A stretch of 64,000 nucleotides of DNA, from assembly GCA_964391345.1 (NCBI GenBank), contig CAYMKZ010000002.1, positions 69 to 64,068 on the forward strand. The letters run 5' to 3'. Under the pieces are notes generated by a model. It did no database searches. It was not told where the DNA came from and saw nothing but the letters and a program-made list of their open reading frames with translations. The stretch comes from an uncultured Alcanivorax sp. Its GTDB lineage: Bacteria > Pseudomonadota > Gammaproteobacteria > Pseudomonadales > Alcanivoracaceae. The number at the start of each line of letters is the position of its first letter. Positions within the stretch are counted from its first letter, which is position 1. A program made the translations under genes and the position numbers. Shown here piece by piece: positions 30,569 to 41,371 of the stretch.

Positions 30569-31575
30569 TCGAGCGGAACGTCGATCTGTCCCGGCGCAAC
30601 ACGCTGGCGTTGCCGGCCCGCGCACAGCGGCTGGCGCGGCCAGCGTCCGTCGCGGAACTGGTGACCGTACTGCGTGAGCGTGACGCCGACGAGCCGCTGT
30701 TCGTGCTCGGCGGCGGCAGCAACGTGGTGTTGCAGGACGACCTGCCGGGGCTGACGGTGATCCCGGATCTGCACGAAATCGAGTGTGTCGGCGAGGACGA
30801 TCGGCAGGTGCGGATACGCGCCGGCGCCGGGGTGATCTGGGACCAGTTGGTGGCGGAAACCGTGGCCCGCGGCTGGTACGGCCTGGAGAATCTGGCGCTG
30901 ATTCCCGGCAGCGCCGGCGCCGCGCCGGTACAGAACATCGGCGCCTATGGCGTGGAGCTGGCGGACGTTCTGGAATCCGTGGAGGCGGTATCGGTGGCGA
31001 GCGGCGAGGTACTGCGTTTTGCCGCCGGGGAGTGCGAGTTCCGCTATCGTGACAGCCTGTTCAAAAGCCGCTGCCGCGGCCAGTTCGTGATTACCCATAT
31101 CACTCTGGCCCTGAGAAAAACCGGACAGTGCAGGATCGGCTACCGGGCCCTGGCCGAATGTTTCGAAGGGGCCAGCCTGGAACAGATACATCCGGCTGCC
31201 GTGCGGCGGGCGGTGATGCAACTGCGGCAAAGCAAGCTGCCGGACCCGCGCACCCTGGCCAATGCCGGGTCGTTTTTCAAGAACCCGCTGGTGACCGTTG
31301 AACACCACCAGCGGTTGCAGGCCGACTTTCCGCAACTGGTGGCCTATCCTCAGCAGGATGGCGTCAAACTGGCCGCCGGCTGGCTGATCGAACAGGCCGG
31401 CTGGAAAGGGCGCAGTATCGGCCCGGTGGGGATGCACCGCCAGCAGGCGCTGGTGCTGGTCAACCATGGTGGCGCCTCCGCGCAACAGGTGCTGCAACTG
31501 GCGGCGGCGGTGCGCGCGGATGTGGAGCGTCTGTTTGCCGTGACGCTGGAGCAGGAGCCCGTCCTGTTGCCGTAA
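30565..31575 (+). CDS. murB: UDP-N-acetylmuramate dehydrogenase
   Basis: LGGGSNV, GLENLALIPGSAGAAPVQNIGAYG, NAGSFFKNP, QALVLVNHG, LEQEP. Confidence 0.95.
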   Translation: MIERNVDLSRRNTLALPARAQRLARPASVAELVTVLRERDADEPLFVLGGGSNVVLQDDLPGLTVIPDLHEIECVGEDDRQVRIRAGAGVIWDQLVAETVARGWYGLENLALIPGSAGAAPVQNIGAYGVELADVLESVEAVSVASGEVLRFAAGECEFRYRDSLFKSRCRGQFVITHITLALRKTGQCRIGYRALAECFEGASLEQIHPAAVRRAVMQLRQSKLPDPRTLANAGSFFKNPLVTVEHHQRLQADFPQLVAYPQQDGVKLAAGWLIEQAGWKGRSIGPVGMHRQQALVLVNHGGASAQQVLQLAAAVRADVERLFAVTLEQEPVLLP

Positions 31576-31636
31576 AAGGCTACCGTCTGGCCGTCTGGCC
31601 AGCGTTGTTTCATACCGAGTTTCCAGATACAGAACG

Positions 31637-31668
31637 CAAAACGGCCCGGATTGCTCCGGGCCGTTTTG
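31637..31668. terminator. Bidirectional intrinsic terminator between convergent murB and rne
   Basis: CAAAACGGCCCGGA-TTGC-TCCGGGCCGTTTTG perfect stem with A/T tracts on both sides. Confidence 0.85.
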
Positions 31669-31692
31669 TTTAGGGAGGACTTCCTGGGTCAA

Positions 31693-34600
31693 TCAGGCAC
31701 TCTGATTGACGTCCTGGTTGTCCTGCCCATCCGCCTGGCGGCGACGCTGGCGCGGGTCGTTGCCGGCCCGGCCTTGCGGTTGCTCGGCGGCCGCACGGGT
31801 ACGGCGCGGCGGCGTGTAGCTGCCGGTGGGCGCCTGTTGCTGTGTCTCGGCAGGGCGGGCGGGCTCCGGCCGCGCACGCTGAGGCTGGCGGGGCTGAACC
31901 CCGGATCGCCGCAGGCGGGGATCGTTGGCGGCACGGGTGTTGTCACCCTGCTCGGCAGCGGTTGCCTGCGGCTGGTGCTCGGCTGACGGCGGTTGCCTCT
32001 CGCCGGCTTGCGCCTCTTTATCGCTCGCTTGGGCGGAGCCACCGGCGTCGTCGGCTTGCGGGCTGGCCGGCTGTTGGGGAGCGGCCGTGGTGCTGCTTTC
32101 CGATTGATCCGCTGCTTTCACGGTTTCTGGCGCAACACTTGCTCCGCTCGGCTGATGGCTTTCCACCTTGTCTGGCTGATGGCTTTCTGCCTTGCTCGGC
32201 TGATGGCTCTCTACCTCGCTTTGCTGATGGCTTTCTACCTCGCTTTGCTGATGGCTTTCTACCTCGCTTTGCTGATGGCTCTTCACCTCACTTTGCTGAG
32301 GACTTTCCATCGCGTTTTGCTGAGGGTTCTCCGACTCACGCGGCTGAGCGGCTTTCTCCGCGCTGGGTTCGCCGGGCTGAGAGTCTTTTGCTTCGTTGGG
32401 CTGATGGCTCTCTACCTCGCTCTGCTGATGGCTCTCTACCTCGCTCTGCTGAGGGCTCTTCACATCGCCAGGCTGAGGGCTCTCTGTTTCCCGGTTGGTG
32501 GGGACAGTCCCTTCCGGGCGAGCGGTTTGCGGCTGGCTGGCTTCCGGTTGAGTCACCTGCGCAGCGGGCTTCCGCTCTTCCGTGGCCGGTTGGGCCGTGT
32601 GGTCGGTTTGTCCGTGTTGCTGTTGGCCACGGGGAGGCCTGCCGCCGCGTCGTCGGTTGCCGTTGGCTTCCGCATCATCGGTGTCGGTAGGCTCGGCGGG
32701 TACCAGCTTGGCTTTCGGGTGACGATTATCACCGTGCTCCTGATCACGTCCGGGGGTGTTGTCCTCGGAAGTCATGCGTGGCGTGCTGCTTTGTTCCTCG
32801 GGTGTGCTGGCGTCCTGGGAAGCGGCAGTCTGTGACTCATGGCGAAGCTGTGCTTCCGGTTGTTGCGCTGCTGCCTGCTGGTCCCGTGATTGCTGCGCCG
32901 GTGACTGTTGCGTTGATTGCACCGCCGCCGCCTCGGCGGGGCGCTGACGCTCTCTCAATGGGCGGTCGTCCTTGGCTTCGGTGCGCCGTGATGCTTTGGC
33001 GCCCTCGTCACGGCCTTCCTTGCGTGGCGCCCGTTCGTTCCGGTCGCCTTTGCCGCGATGGTCGGCCTTGCTGTCCTGCTGCTGCTGATCACCGCTGGCG
33101 GCGTTGCTGGTTTGCGGGTTATCCGCGGCGTTGTTGTTGCGGCCACGTCCGCCACGGCGGTTGCGGGTGCGGCGGTTGCCCGTGCCGTTGTCGTTTCTGG
33201 TGTCGTTCTGCTCGTTGTTGCCGTCGCGATTGTCGCGGTTGTTTCTGGCAGCCTTGCCGTCGTTGCGGCTGTCGCCACGGTTATCGCCACGACTGTCACT
33301 ACGGTTGTCATCGCGGCTGCGGGCATTGCGCTTGTTGTCGGCGCGGCCGCGCTCGTCCTGGCGACGCTGGCCGTTGCCGCCACGGCCACGGCGGTCGTTA
33401 CCGGCTTTGCTGCGACCGTCATTGCGGTTGCGCGCATTGTGCTCGGGTCGAGACTCGGTCTGCTCTGCATCCGCGCCGAACAGTTTTGCCAGCCATTGGA
33501 AGAAGCGGGTCAGAACGCCGATACGGGCCGCGGACTCGGCGGCCGTGGCGGGAGCCGGAGCCGTGGCGGGGGCCGCCGGCTTGGGTTTGTGGGGCGGCGG
33601 CGCGGTATCCGGCGCCACTACCTTGACCGCGGGTTCCTGGGGCTTGGGTGCATTGTCCTGGTTGCCGAGGCCGTTCTGTTCCTGGTGGGCGGGCAGCAGC
33701 TCCACTTCGTGGCTGACCTGGGTCTTGGTCTGGTCTTCACGAATGCGCTCGACCTGGAAATGCGGCGTTTCCAGGTGCGGGTTGGGGATGATCAGCACCC
33801 GTACATGGTGGCCGGCTTCGATCTCGCGCAGGATCTGGCGCTTTTCGTTGAGCAGGAAGGTGGCCACGGCGACCGGTACCTGCGCCTGGATCTCGCCGGT
33901 ACGCTCCTTCATCACCTCTTCTTCGATCAGACGCAGGATGCTCAGCGCCAGGGAGCGCACGTCGCGGATCCGGCCGAGGCCGTCACAACGCGGGCAGACG
34001 ATGCTGGAGGTTTCCCCGAGGCTGGGGCGCAGCCGCTGGCGGGACAGCTCCAGCAGGCCGAAGCGGGAGATGCGGCCGAGCTGAATGCGCGCCCGGTCGG
34101 CTTCCAGCGCTTCGCGCATGCGGTTTTCCACCTCACGCTGATTGCGCGCCGGCCCCATGTCGATGAAGTCCACCACGATCAGCCCGCCAATGTCGCGCAG
34201 GCGCAGTTGCCGGGCGATTTCGTCGGCTGCTTCCAGGTTGGTTTGCAGGGCGGTTTCCTCGATGTCCGCGCCCTTGGTGGCGCGAGACGAGTTGATGTCG
34301 ATGGAAACCAGTGCTTCGGTGGGGTCGATGACGATGGCGCCGCCGGAGGGCAGCTTCACTTCACGCTCGAACGCCGTCTCGATCTGCGATTCGATCTGAT
34401 AGCGGGAGAACAGCGGGGTGTCGTCGCTGTACAGCTTGATCTTGTGCTGGAAGTCGGTCATCACCTGCTGCACGAACGCCTGGGCTTCGTCGTAGACCTT
34501 CTGGGAGTCGATCAGGACTTCGCCGATATCCTTGCGCAGGTAATCGCGGATGGCACGAATGATGACGTTGGATTCCTGATAGATCAGGAACGGCGCCTTG

Positions 34601-35205
34601 CGGGTGCCGGAAGCCTCGTCGATGGAGTTCCACAGCTTGAGCAGGTAATTCAGGTCCCACTGCAACTCCTCGGCGCTGCGGCCGAGGCCGGCGGTGCGCA
34701 CGATGACGCCCATTTCACCGGGGATTTCCAGCTTGCTCAGCGCTTCCTTGAGCTGTTGCCGCTCTTCGCCCTCGATGCGGCGGGAAATACCGCCGGCGCG
34801 CGGGTTGTTGGGCATCAGCACCAGGTAACGGCCGGCCAGGCTGATGAAGGTGGTTAGGGCGGCGCCCTTGTTGCCACGTTCTTCCTTGTCCACCTGGACG
34901 ATCATTTCCTGACCTTCGCGGATCACATCCTTGATGTTGATGCGGCCCTGAATGTCCTTGGGGTCTTTCTGGAAGTATTGGCGGGAAATTTCCTTGAGCG
35001 GCAGAAAGCCGTGGCGCTCGGCGCCGAAGTCGACGAACGCGGCTTCCAAGGAAGGCTCGACGCGAGTGACTTTGCCTTTGTAGATGTTGGCTTTTTTCTG
35101 CACGCGGGAACGGTGCTCGATGTCCAGATCGTAAAGTCTCTGGCCATCCACCAAAGCCACCCGAACCTCTTCAGGGTGGGCGGCGTTGATCAACATACGT
35201 TTCAT
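31693..35205 (-). CDS. rne: Ribonuclease E
   Basis: MKRMLINA start, [35 protein letters not shown], Zn-link CPRCDG; long disordered C-terminal region with two NDPR motifs. Confidence 0.97.
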   Translation of the reverse strand: MKRMLINAAHPEEVRVALVDGQRLYDLDIEHRSRVQKKANIYKGKVTRVEPSLEAAFVDFGAERHGFLPLKEISRQYFQKDPKDIQGRINIKDVIREGQEMIVQVDKEERGNKGAALTTFISLAGRYLVLMPNNPRAGGISRRIEGEERQQLKEALSKLEIPGEMGVIVRTAGLGRSAEELQWDLNYLLKLWNSIDEASGTRKAPFLIYQESNVIIRAIRDYLRKDIGEVLIDSQKVYDEAQAFVQQVMTDFQHKIKLYSDDTPLFSRYQIESQIETAFEREVKLPSGGAIVIDPTEALVSIDINSSRATKGADIEETALQTNLEAADEIARQLRLRDIGGLIVVDFIDMGPARNQREVENRMREALEADRARIQLGRISRFGLLELSRQRLRPSLGETSSIVCPRCDGLGRIRDVRSLALSILRLIEEEVMKERTGEIQAQVPVAVATFLLNEKRQILREIEAGHHVRVLIIPNPHLETPHFQVERIREDQTKTQVSHEVELLPAHQEQNGLGNQDNAPKPQEPAVKVVAPDTAPPPHKPKPAAPATAPAPATAAESAARIGVLTRFFQWLAKLFGADAEQTESRPEHNARNRNDGRSKAGNDRRGRGGNGQRRQDERGRADNKRNARSRDDNRSDSRGDNRGDSRNDGKAARNNRDNRDGNNEQNDTRNDNGTGNRRTRNRRGGRGRNNNAADNPQTSNAASGDQQQQDSKADHRGKGDRNERAPRKEGRDEGAKASRRTEAKDDRPLRERQRPAEAAAVQSTQQSPAQQSRDQQAAAQQPEAQLRHESQTAASQDASTPEEQSSTPRMTSEDNTPGRDQEHGDNRHPKAKLVPAEPTDTDDAEANGNRRRGGRPPRGQQQHGQTDHTAQPATEERKPAAQVTQPEASQPQTARPEGTVPTNRETESPQPGDVKSPQQSEVESHQQSEVESHQPNEAKDSQPGEPSAEKAAQPRESENPQQNAMESPQQSEVKSHQQSEVESHQQSEVESHQQSEVESHQPSKAESHQPDKVESHQPSGASVAPETVKAADQSESSTTAAPQQPASPQADDAGGSAQASDKEAQAGERQPPSAEHQPQATAAEQGDNTRAANDPRLRRSGVQPRQPQRARPEPARPAETQQQAPTGSYTPPRRTRAAAEQPQGRAGNDPRQRRRQADGQDNQDVNQSA
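32146..32485 (-). repeat. 24-nt (8-aa) tandem repeat within the rne C-terminal region, about 14 units
   Basis: GCTGA anchors at 32151, 32175, 32199, 32223, 32247, 32271, 32295, 32319, 32343, then 32376, 32400, 32424, 32448, 32472; encodes ESHQQSEV-like units. Confidence 0.93.
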
Positions 35206-35560
35206 TTGGCTACCACAAATTTTTTGTGGCGGCATGCGAAGGGTCAGTTTCAATACAGGGAACAGACTTGCGTCCGTAACGCCAGCAGTGGCCGGCCATG
35301 GGGTAAGCTGCTGATCGGGTGTCGGGCGTTTCGGTGGGCGGAAATAGCCTGTCCTTGACGCTTTTCTTCCGGTCTTCTGCAACCGCCCACTTTCGCCTGG
35401 CGAATCTCTGACAACGGATCGCTGGCGGGGCGCTCGGGTGATTACCCGAAAGGTGCTGCTTGGCGTTGTGCCCGGCGCGTAATCGGCGTCGGGACGGATA
35501 ATTTCAGTCTGTACACCATTCAGGCCACCGCTCGGGTGCCAGCCCGTTCAGAGTCGGTCA
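35206..35560 (-). promoter_or_regulatory. Probable long structured rne 5' leader (extent uncertain)
   Basis: No credible ORF; rne genes characteristically have long autoregulatory leaders; CCACAAA/TTTGTGG hairpin at 35213-35229 next to the start codon. Confidence 0.45.
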
Positions 35561-36007
35561 AACCAGCCAGGAGGGAGCGGTGTTGGCCACCGCTGCTACC
35601 AGTCTGCCCACGCGCCACCGCTTGTAGCGGAAAGGTTCAGCGCGCCGGGGGCTTGGTTTGCTGTATCGAATCAACCGTACTCTGTGTCGGGCCTGCGACT
35701 GCCGTCGTCGGCCTGGATCATCTTCGACCTGCTTCGCAGACCGCCAATCATTGGTTGTCGGTCCGCCGCGGCCGGTATGCCGGCGGCGATTGATGCAGTA
35801 TCTGGGCCGTTGGGCCCTCGTAACTGTTCGGCAGGCTGGCGGGTACATGTCGAACTGACGGCGAATGGTCGCTGCGCGTCGCCGTTGGCCAGCCTCGGCC
35901 GAAATCACATCATAGCAGCAAAACTGTAACTGAATCAATCAGTTGGGATATTCTCGCGGCATCCGTGACAATATTCACTCAATGGGGTTCGTACGAGGAG
36001 GATGCGC

Positions 36008-37579
36008 ATGGCCCAGGGAAGTTTCAGAAAATCATTGAGCCTGCTCGACCTTACCCTGCTGGGGGTGGGCAGCATGATCGGCTCGGGCTGGCTGTATGCC
36101 GCCCGCGACAGCGCCGCCATCGCCGGGCCTCACGCCTGGATGTCGTGGCTGCTGGGTTCGGTGGTGATCATTCTGATCGGCCTGGTGTATGCGGAGTTGA
36201 GCGCGGCCTTGCCCCGTGCCGGCGGCTTCGTTCGCTATCCCGACTACTCGCACGGTTCGCTGGTGGGATTCATGATCGGTTTCGCCGCGCTGCTGGCCTA
36301 TACCAGCGTCACCGCCGTCGAGGTGGAAGCGGTGCGGCAATATGCCCATTACTGGTGGCCGGAGCTGGGGCATGCCGACGGTAGCCCGACGCTGCTGGGG
36401 TTCGCGGTGCAGATTGCCTTGCTGGTGCTGTTCTTCCTGATCAATTACTGGAGTGTCAACGTCTTCGGCAAGTTCAACAGCCTGCTGACGCTGTTCAAGT
36501 TCGTCGTGCCCTTGCTGGTGGTGGTCTGTCTGTTGACGTTTTTTGATACCCGCAACCTGAGCGTGGCGGCCAGTCCGGGTGGCGCGCATGGGGTGTTTCA
36601 GGCGGTGGCCGGCGCCGGTGTGGTGTTTTCGCTGCTGGGTTTCCGGCAGGCGGTGGATTTCGCCAGCGAGGCGAAGCATCCGCAGCGCGACGTGCCGCTG
36701 GCGATCATTTATTCGGTGTTGATCAGCCTGGTGGTGTATCTGCTGTTGCAGTTTGCTTTCGTCGGCGCGGTGCCGCATCAGATGCTCGCCGATCACGGCT
36801 GGGGCGGGCTGGCCACCGGCGACCTGCTGAAGTCCCCTTATGCGGATCTGGCCAAGATCCTGGGGCTGGCCTGGTTGCTGAACATCGTTCTGCTGGACGC
36901 GGCCATTTCTCCCGCCGGTACCGGCAACATTTTCCTTTCGGGCGCCGCCCGCGTGCTGTTCGCCTGGGCCCGCAACGGCCATTTGTTCAATATTTTCCAG
37001 CGCCTGGACCCGCGCACCGGGGTGCCGCGCGGTGCTTTGTGGCTGTCGCTGGCGCTGTCGATCGCCTGGACGCTCCCGGACCAGTTCCAGATGTGGAGCG
37101 GTCTGGTGAAGGCGGTCACTTCCGCCTTCGTGCTGACTTACATGGTGGGACCGGTGAGCGCCGGGACCTTCCGTTTCAGCGCCGCCGATCTGCCGCGCCC
37201 GTTCCGTCTCAGGGGGTTGTCCGTGATCGGCCCGCTGGCTTTCATTGCCGCTACTTTCATTGCCTACTGGTGCGGCTGGCAGGTCAATCAGCTGCTGCTG
37301 GTGCTGATTCTGGCGGCCGGTGTGGTTTATCTGCTGGTGGCGCGCGGCAAAGGCACCCTTGCGGAAGACCTGCGCGCCGGCTGGTGGCTGATCGCCTATT
37401 ACATCGCCCTGGGCGTGCTGTCCTGGCTGGGTACCTACGGTGGCCTGGGCGTGATCCCGGCGCCGCTGGACAGCATTCTGGTAATCGCCATGGCGCTGGT
37501 GGCCTACCACTGGGGCGTGCGCAGCGGCTTGCCGCGGGCGCGCATCACCGACGAGGAAACGGAAGCGGCGGGCGCCTGA
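36008..37579 (+). CDS. APC-family amino acid permease
   Basis: LGVGSMIGSGWL, YAELSAALPRAGG, GFRQAVDFASE; many TM segments; GAGGAG RBS. Confidence 0.92.
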   Translation: MAQGSFRKSLSLLDLTLLGVGSMIGSGWLYAARDSAAIAGPHAWMSWLLGSVVIILIGLVYAELSAALPRAGGFVRYPDYSHGSLVGFMIGFAALLAYTSVTAVEVEAVRQYAHYWWPELGHADGSPTLLGFAVQIALLVLFFLINYWSVNVFGKFNSLLTLFKFVVPLLVVVCLLTFFDTRNLSVAASPGGAHGVFQAVAGAGVVFSLLGFRQAVDFASEAKHPQRDVPLAIIYSVLISLVVYLLLQFAFVGAVPHQMLADHGWGGLATGDLLKSPYADLAKILGLAWLLNIVLLDAAISPAGTGNIFLSGAARVLFAWARNGHLFNIFQRLDPRTGVPRGALWLSLALSIAWTLPDQFQMWSGLVKAVTSAFVLTYMVGPVSAGTFRFSAADLPRPFRLRGLSVIGPLAFIAATFIAYWCGWQVNQLLLVLILAAGVVYLLVARGKGTLAEDLRAGWWLIAYYIALGVLSWLGTYGGLGVIPAPLDSILVIAMALVAYHWGVRSGLPRARITDEETEAAGA

Positions 37580-37629
37580 ACGGTCGCCTGACGGTGGCGT
37601 GATCGCGGCGCCTTGGCTAGAATCGCCGC

Positions 37630-38625
37630 ATGTCCGATACCCCCACTTCCAGCCGCGTGACCTTCGTTACCATCGACGAGGGTCACGATGGTCAGCGCCT
37701 CGACAATTACCTGATCACTCACCTGAAAGGGGTGCCACGCTCGCGTATCTACCGGCTCATCCGTTCCGGCGAGGTGCGGGTGAACAAGAAACGCGCCAAG
37801 CAGACCACCCGGCTGGCGGCCAGCGATGTGCTGCGTATCCCGCCGGTGCGTACCGCGGAATCGCCGGAGCCGCCGGTGGTCAGCGCCAGCCTGGCCGAGC
37901 GGCTGTCCCGCTCGCTGCTGTACGAGGACCCGCGCCTGTTCATCTTCAACAAGCCGGCGGGGCTGGCGGTGCATGGCGGCAGCGGTGTCAGTCTCGGGCT
38001 GATCGAGGCGCTGCGGGTGCTTTATCCCGAAGAGACGCAACTGGAGCTGGTGCACCGGCTGGATCGCGACACCAGCGGCTGCATCATGGTGGCGCGCCAT
38101 CGCGGTTTCCTGCGGCGTTTGCAGAAGCTCATGCAGAATGGTGGCGTGGACAAGCGCTACTGGCTGATCTGCCGGGGGTTCAAGGGCGCCGAGCGGCGTA
38201 TCGAAGCGCCGCTGCTGAAACTGATGCAGGGCAATGAGCGCATCGTGCGGGTGTCCCGTGACGGCAAGCCGTCGGTGACTGATTTCCGCTTGCTGGAGCG
38301 GCTTGGCGACAGCGCCTTGCTGGAAGCCAGGCTGGGCACCGGGCGTACCCATCAGATTCGTGTGCACAGCCAGTTCGGCGGTTTTCCGCTGCTGGGCGAT
38401 GACAAGTACGGAAACGAGCAGGGCGACGCCACGTTGCAGCCCATCGGCGTGCGCCGTCTTTGCCTGCATGCGCGCAGCTTGCGCCTGCGCCATCCCGACA
38501 GCGGCGAGACGATTTCGGTGACGGCGCCGCTTGATGACGACTTCGAGGCGATTCTGGCGGCACTGCGTTCCGCACCGGGCAAGGCTGGGCATCAATCCCC
38601 GCAAAAAAGTGGCGCCAACAGATAA
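37630..38625 (+). CDS. rluC: 23S rRNA pseudouridine synthase RluC
   Basis: S4 domain GQRLDNYL...GEVRVNK; NKPAGLAVHGG, HRLDRDTSG, TGRTHQIRVH. Confidence 0.94.
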   Translation: MSDTPTSSRVTFVTIDEGHDGQRLDNYLITHLKGVPRSRIYRLIRSGEVRVNKKRAKQTTRLAASDVLRIPPVRTAESPEPPVVSASLAERLSRSLLYEDPRLFIFNKPAGLAVHGGSGVSLGLIEALRVLYPEETQLELVHRLDRDTSGCIMVARHRGFLRRLQKLMQNGGVDKRYWLICRGFKGAERRIEAPLLKLMQGNERIVRVSRDGKPSVTDFRLLERLGDSALLEARLGTGRTHQIRVHSQFGGFPLLGDDKYGNEQGDATLQPIGVRRLCLHARSLRLRHPDSGETISVTAPLDDDFEAILAALRSAPGKAGHQSPQKSGANR

Positions 38626-38650
38626 CACTCACAAACCAGGGAGACGGCAG

Positions 38651-39646
38651 GTGAACGACAATGGTGAGATTTCCACGGGTTCCGGGAACAGCGCCGGGCC
38701 GTCCGCCCGCGAGTGGCAACTGATCGAGAAGCTGCTCGGCGAAGCCCAGCTGGAGCAGCGCCGCCGTCGCCGCTGGGGCATTTTCTTCAAGGCGCTGGTG
38801 CTGATTTACCTGTTTCTGGTGCTGGGGCTGGTGTTTTCGGAGCAGTCCGGCGACAGCATCGGGGCCACCGGGCCCCATGTGGCGGTGGTGGATGTCACCG
38901 GTGAAATTGCCGCAGACAAGCCGGCCAACGCGCAATTGCTGATCGCCAGCCTGCGCGACGCCTTCAGCGCGCCGAACGCCAAGGCGGTGATGCTGCGCAT
39001 CAACAGCCCCGGTGGCTCGCCGGTGCAGGCCGACTACGTCTATAACGAGATTCGCCGGCTGCGCAAGCAGTACCCGGACAAGAAAGTCTATGCGGTGATC
39101 ACCGACGTGGGGGCGTCCGGTGCCTATTATATAGCCTCCGCGGCGGACGACATTTACGCCGCCCCGGCCAGCATCGTCGGCTCGATCGGCGTCATCATGG
39201 CCGGCTTCGGGCTGGAAAAGGCCGCTGAAAAGCTCGGTGTGGAGCGTCGTGTGTACACGGCGGGCGACAACAAGGACATGCTCGACCCGTTCGCTCCGGT
39301 GCGCCCGCAGGACCGCCAGTACGTGCAGCACATGCTGGATGAAGTGCACCAGCAGTTCATCGATGCCGTCAAGCAGGGGCGCGGCAAGCGCTTGAAAATC
39401 GCCGGTCATCCGGAGTTGTTCTCCGGTCTGTTCTGGACCGGGCAGCGGGCGCTGCAACTGGGGCTGATTGATGGCCTCAAGAGCCCGGATCAGGTGGCGC
39501 GCGACGTGGTCGGCGTCGACAAGCTGGTGGACTACACCGTCAGCGAGTCGACGGTGGACCGCCTGCTGAAGCAGTTCGGGACCTCGGTGGGCGCTGGCGT
39601 CAGCCATGCGCTGGGGCTGAACGCGGCGGTGCCGGCGCTGCGCTGA
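38651..39646 (+). CDS. sppA: S49-family signal peptide peptidase (SppA-like)
   Basis: INSPGGSP, ASGAYYIA, SIVGSIGV; GTG start. Confidence 0.9.
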   Translation: MNDNGEISTGSGNSAGPSAREWQLIEKLLGEAQLEQRRRRRWGIFFKALVLIYLFLVLGLVFSEQSGDSIGATGPHVAVVDVTGEIAADKPANAQLLIASLRDAFSAPNAKAVMLRINSPGGSPVQADYVYNEIRRLRKQYPDKKVYAVITDVGASGAYYIASAADDIYAAPASIVGSIGVIMAGFGLEKAAEKLGVERRVYTAGDNKDMLDPFAPVRPQDRQYVQHMLDEVHQQFIDAVKQGRGKRLKIAGHPELFSGLFWTGQRALQLGLIDGLKSPDQVARDVVGVDKLVDYTVSESTVDRLLKQFGTSVGAGVSHALGLNAAVPALR

Positions 39647-39699
39647 ACGCCTGCCGCTATCAGGGCAGCGGCACTCACTCTTTCAGGGCCGCAGCGCTT

Positions 39700-40296
39700 T
39701 CAGGGCAACGGTACTCCTTCGGCACGGAGGAAGTCGGTCAGCATGATCAGCGGCAGACCGATCAGGGCGTTGGGGTCGCGGCCTTGCAGGCTTTTGAACA
39801 GCGTGATGCCCAATCCTTCGGATTTGAAGCTGCCGGCGCAGTTGAACGGTTGCTCGGCGTCCACGTAGCGTTCGATGGCGTCATCGCCGAGTGTACGAAA
39901 GTGCACCTGGAAGGGTTCGCAGCCACTCTGATGGCGGCCGCTGTGGCTGTTGTACAGGCACAGGCCGGTGAGAAAAGTCACCGTGCGACCGCTGGCCTGG
40001 CGCAGTTGCGCGATGGCGTTGCTACGATTGCCGGGCTTGCCGGCGATGTTGCCGTCCAGCAGGGCCACCTGGTCCGAACCGATGATCAGTGCCCCGGTGT
40101 GGCTCTCGGCGGCCTTGAGCGCCTTCTGCCGGGCCAGCCGCAGCACCAGTTCCGAGGGTGATTCGCCGGGCTGGGGCGTTTCGTCGATGTCCGGGCTGAG
40201 ATGATCGAAGTGCAGGCCGAGGCGCCCGAGCAGCTCCCGGCGAAACGGCGAAGAAGAGGCCAGTATCAGGGGCAGGGGGGACGCTTCGCTGCTCAT
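39700..40296 (-). CDS. yceF: Maf-family nucleotide pyrophosphatase (YceF-like)
   Basis: LILASSSPFRRELL, IDETP, IIGSDQV, CAGSFKSEGLG, LIGLPL. Confidence 0.9.
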   Translation of the reverse strand: MSSEASPLPLILASSSPFRRELLGRLGLHFDHLSPDIDETPQPGESPSELVLRLARQKALKAAESHTGALIIGSDQVALLDGNIAGKPGNRSNAIAQLRQASGRTVTFLTGLCLYNSHSGRHQSGCEPFQVHFRTLGDDAIERYVDAEQPFNCAGSFKSEGLGITLFKSLQGRDPNALIGLPLIMLTDFLRAEGVPLP

Positions 40297-40468
40297 GGCG
40301 CACTCCGTGTCGGTGGTTTCCGGGGTCGGTGGTTGCCGGCGGTTTCAGGGCGGCGCAAAGTGTACCGGCGGAGCCGGGGCAATGCACGGAAATTCCCGTC
40401 TGGAGAGGCGCTTTCGGGGCCATTTTCACTTTGACACGGAACCGGCCCGCGCCTAGAATTGCGCGCTT

Positions 40469-40984
40469 ATGTTTTCAGGGCAATTGCTGCCGTACCTGGA
40501 TTTGCGGAAATTTTCCGACCAGGAACGGGTCATCGAAGGCGAAGCCCGGGTCGAGGATTTTCCACGGCTGCGGGAGTATCGCGAAAGCCTGGACCGTCCG
40601 GTCCGGGTGGCGCTGGCTTTTCGCCGCGATGATGACGGCCGGCGGCGGCTCCAGGGGTGCATCGAAACCCGGCTTCTGCTGGTGTGCCAACGTTGCCTGG
40701 AGCCGGTAGAGCAGGACATCCGCGCCACGGTGGATCTGGTGCTGGTGTGGAGCGAGGAGCAGGCCAAGGCCTTGCCGTCCGATCTGGACCCGTTGCTGGC
40801 CCGTGACGATCGCCTGCCGCTGGCCGATCTGGTGGAAGAAGAACTGCTGCTGGCCATGCCGCTGGTGGCTTTGCATGATCAATGCCCGCATTCACTGCCG
40901 AATCAGTCCGGCGAGCCGGATGCGGGCACCAATGCGGATAATCCGTTTGCCGTGCTGGCCGACTTGAAAGGCCGCCGCAAGTAA
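40469..40984 (+). CDS. yceD: YceD/DUF177 family protein
   Basis: CQRCLEP, VEEELLLAMP, NPFAVLADLK; upstream of rpmF. Confidence 0.92.
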   Translation: MFSGQLLPYLDLRKFSDQERVIEGEARVEDFPRLREYRESLDRPVRVALAFRRDDDGRRRLQGCIETRLLLVCQRCLEPVEQDIRATVDLVLVWSEEQAKALPSDLDPLLARDDRLPLADLVEEELLLAMPLVALHDQCPHSLPNQSGEPDAGTNADNPFAVLADLKGRRK

Positions 40985-41002
40985 CACGCCGAGGAGCATG
41001 AA

Positions 41003-41197
41003 ATGGCTGTTCAACAGAATCGCAAAACCCGTTCCAAGCGCGGCATGCGTCGTTCCCACGATGCCCTGACCGCCGCCGCCATCAGCGAAGATTCCAACAC
41101 CGGCGAAGTGCATCGCCGCCACCACATCTCTCCGGACGGCATGTATCGTGGCCGTCAGGTGATCCGCACCGACGACACGGATAACGACGACGAATAA
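41003..41197 (+). CDS. rpmF: 50S ribosomal protein L32
   Basis: [39 protein letters not shown]. Confidence 0.97.
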   Translation: MAVQQNRKTRSKRGMRRSHDALTAAAISEDSNTGEVHRRHHISPDGMYRGRQVIRTDDTDNDDE

Positions 41198-41371
41198 GTC
41201 GCTCCGTATCATTCAGTTCGCCACCGGCAATAGCGGCGCGAACATGAGCGGTCTTCTGTATGTGACGGGAGCCTTGGTGGCTCCCGTTTCCTTGTTTGCA
41301 TATGGAATATTCACAGCCGCGGTTCGCCGCCCGTATCATGAACGCGCTTTCGTCAACCAGGATGATTTGCC

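Noticed and set aside
32146-32485. Possible CRISPR array
   Set aside because: The 24-nt units are contiguous without unique spacers, keep the rne reading frame, and no cas genes are present.
33058-34857. 599-aa plus-strand ORF with a hydrophobic N-terminus
   Set aside because: Antisense to rne; the hydrophobic run mirrors the Arg/Asn/Asp-rich region of RNase E.
39655-39710. Three TCAGGGC heptamers between sppA and maf
   Set aside because: Short, irregularly spaced and one overlaps the maf stop; compatible with chance in GC-rich DNA.
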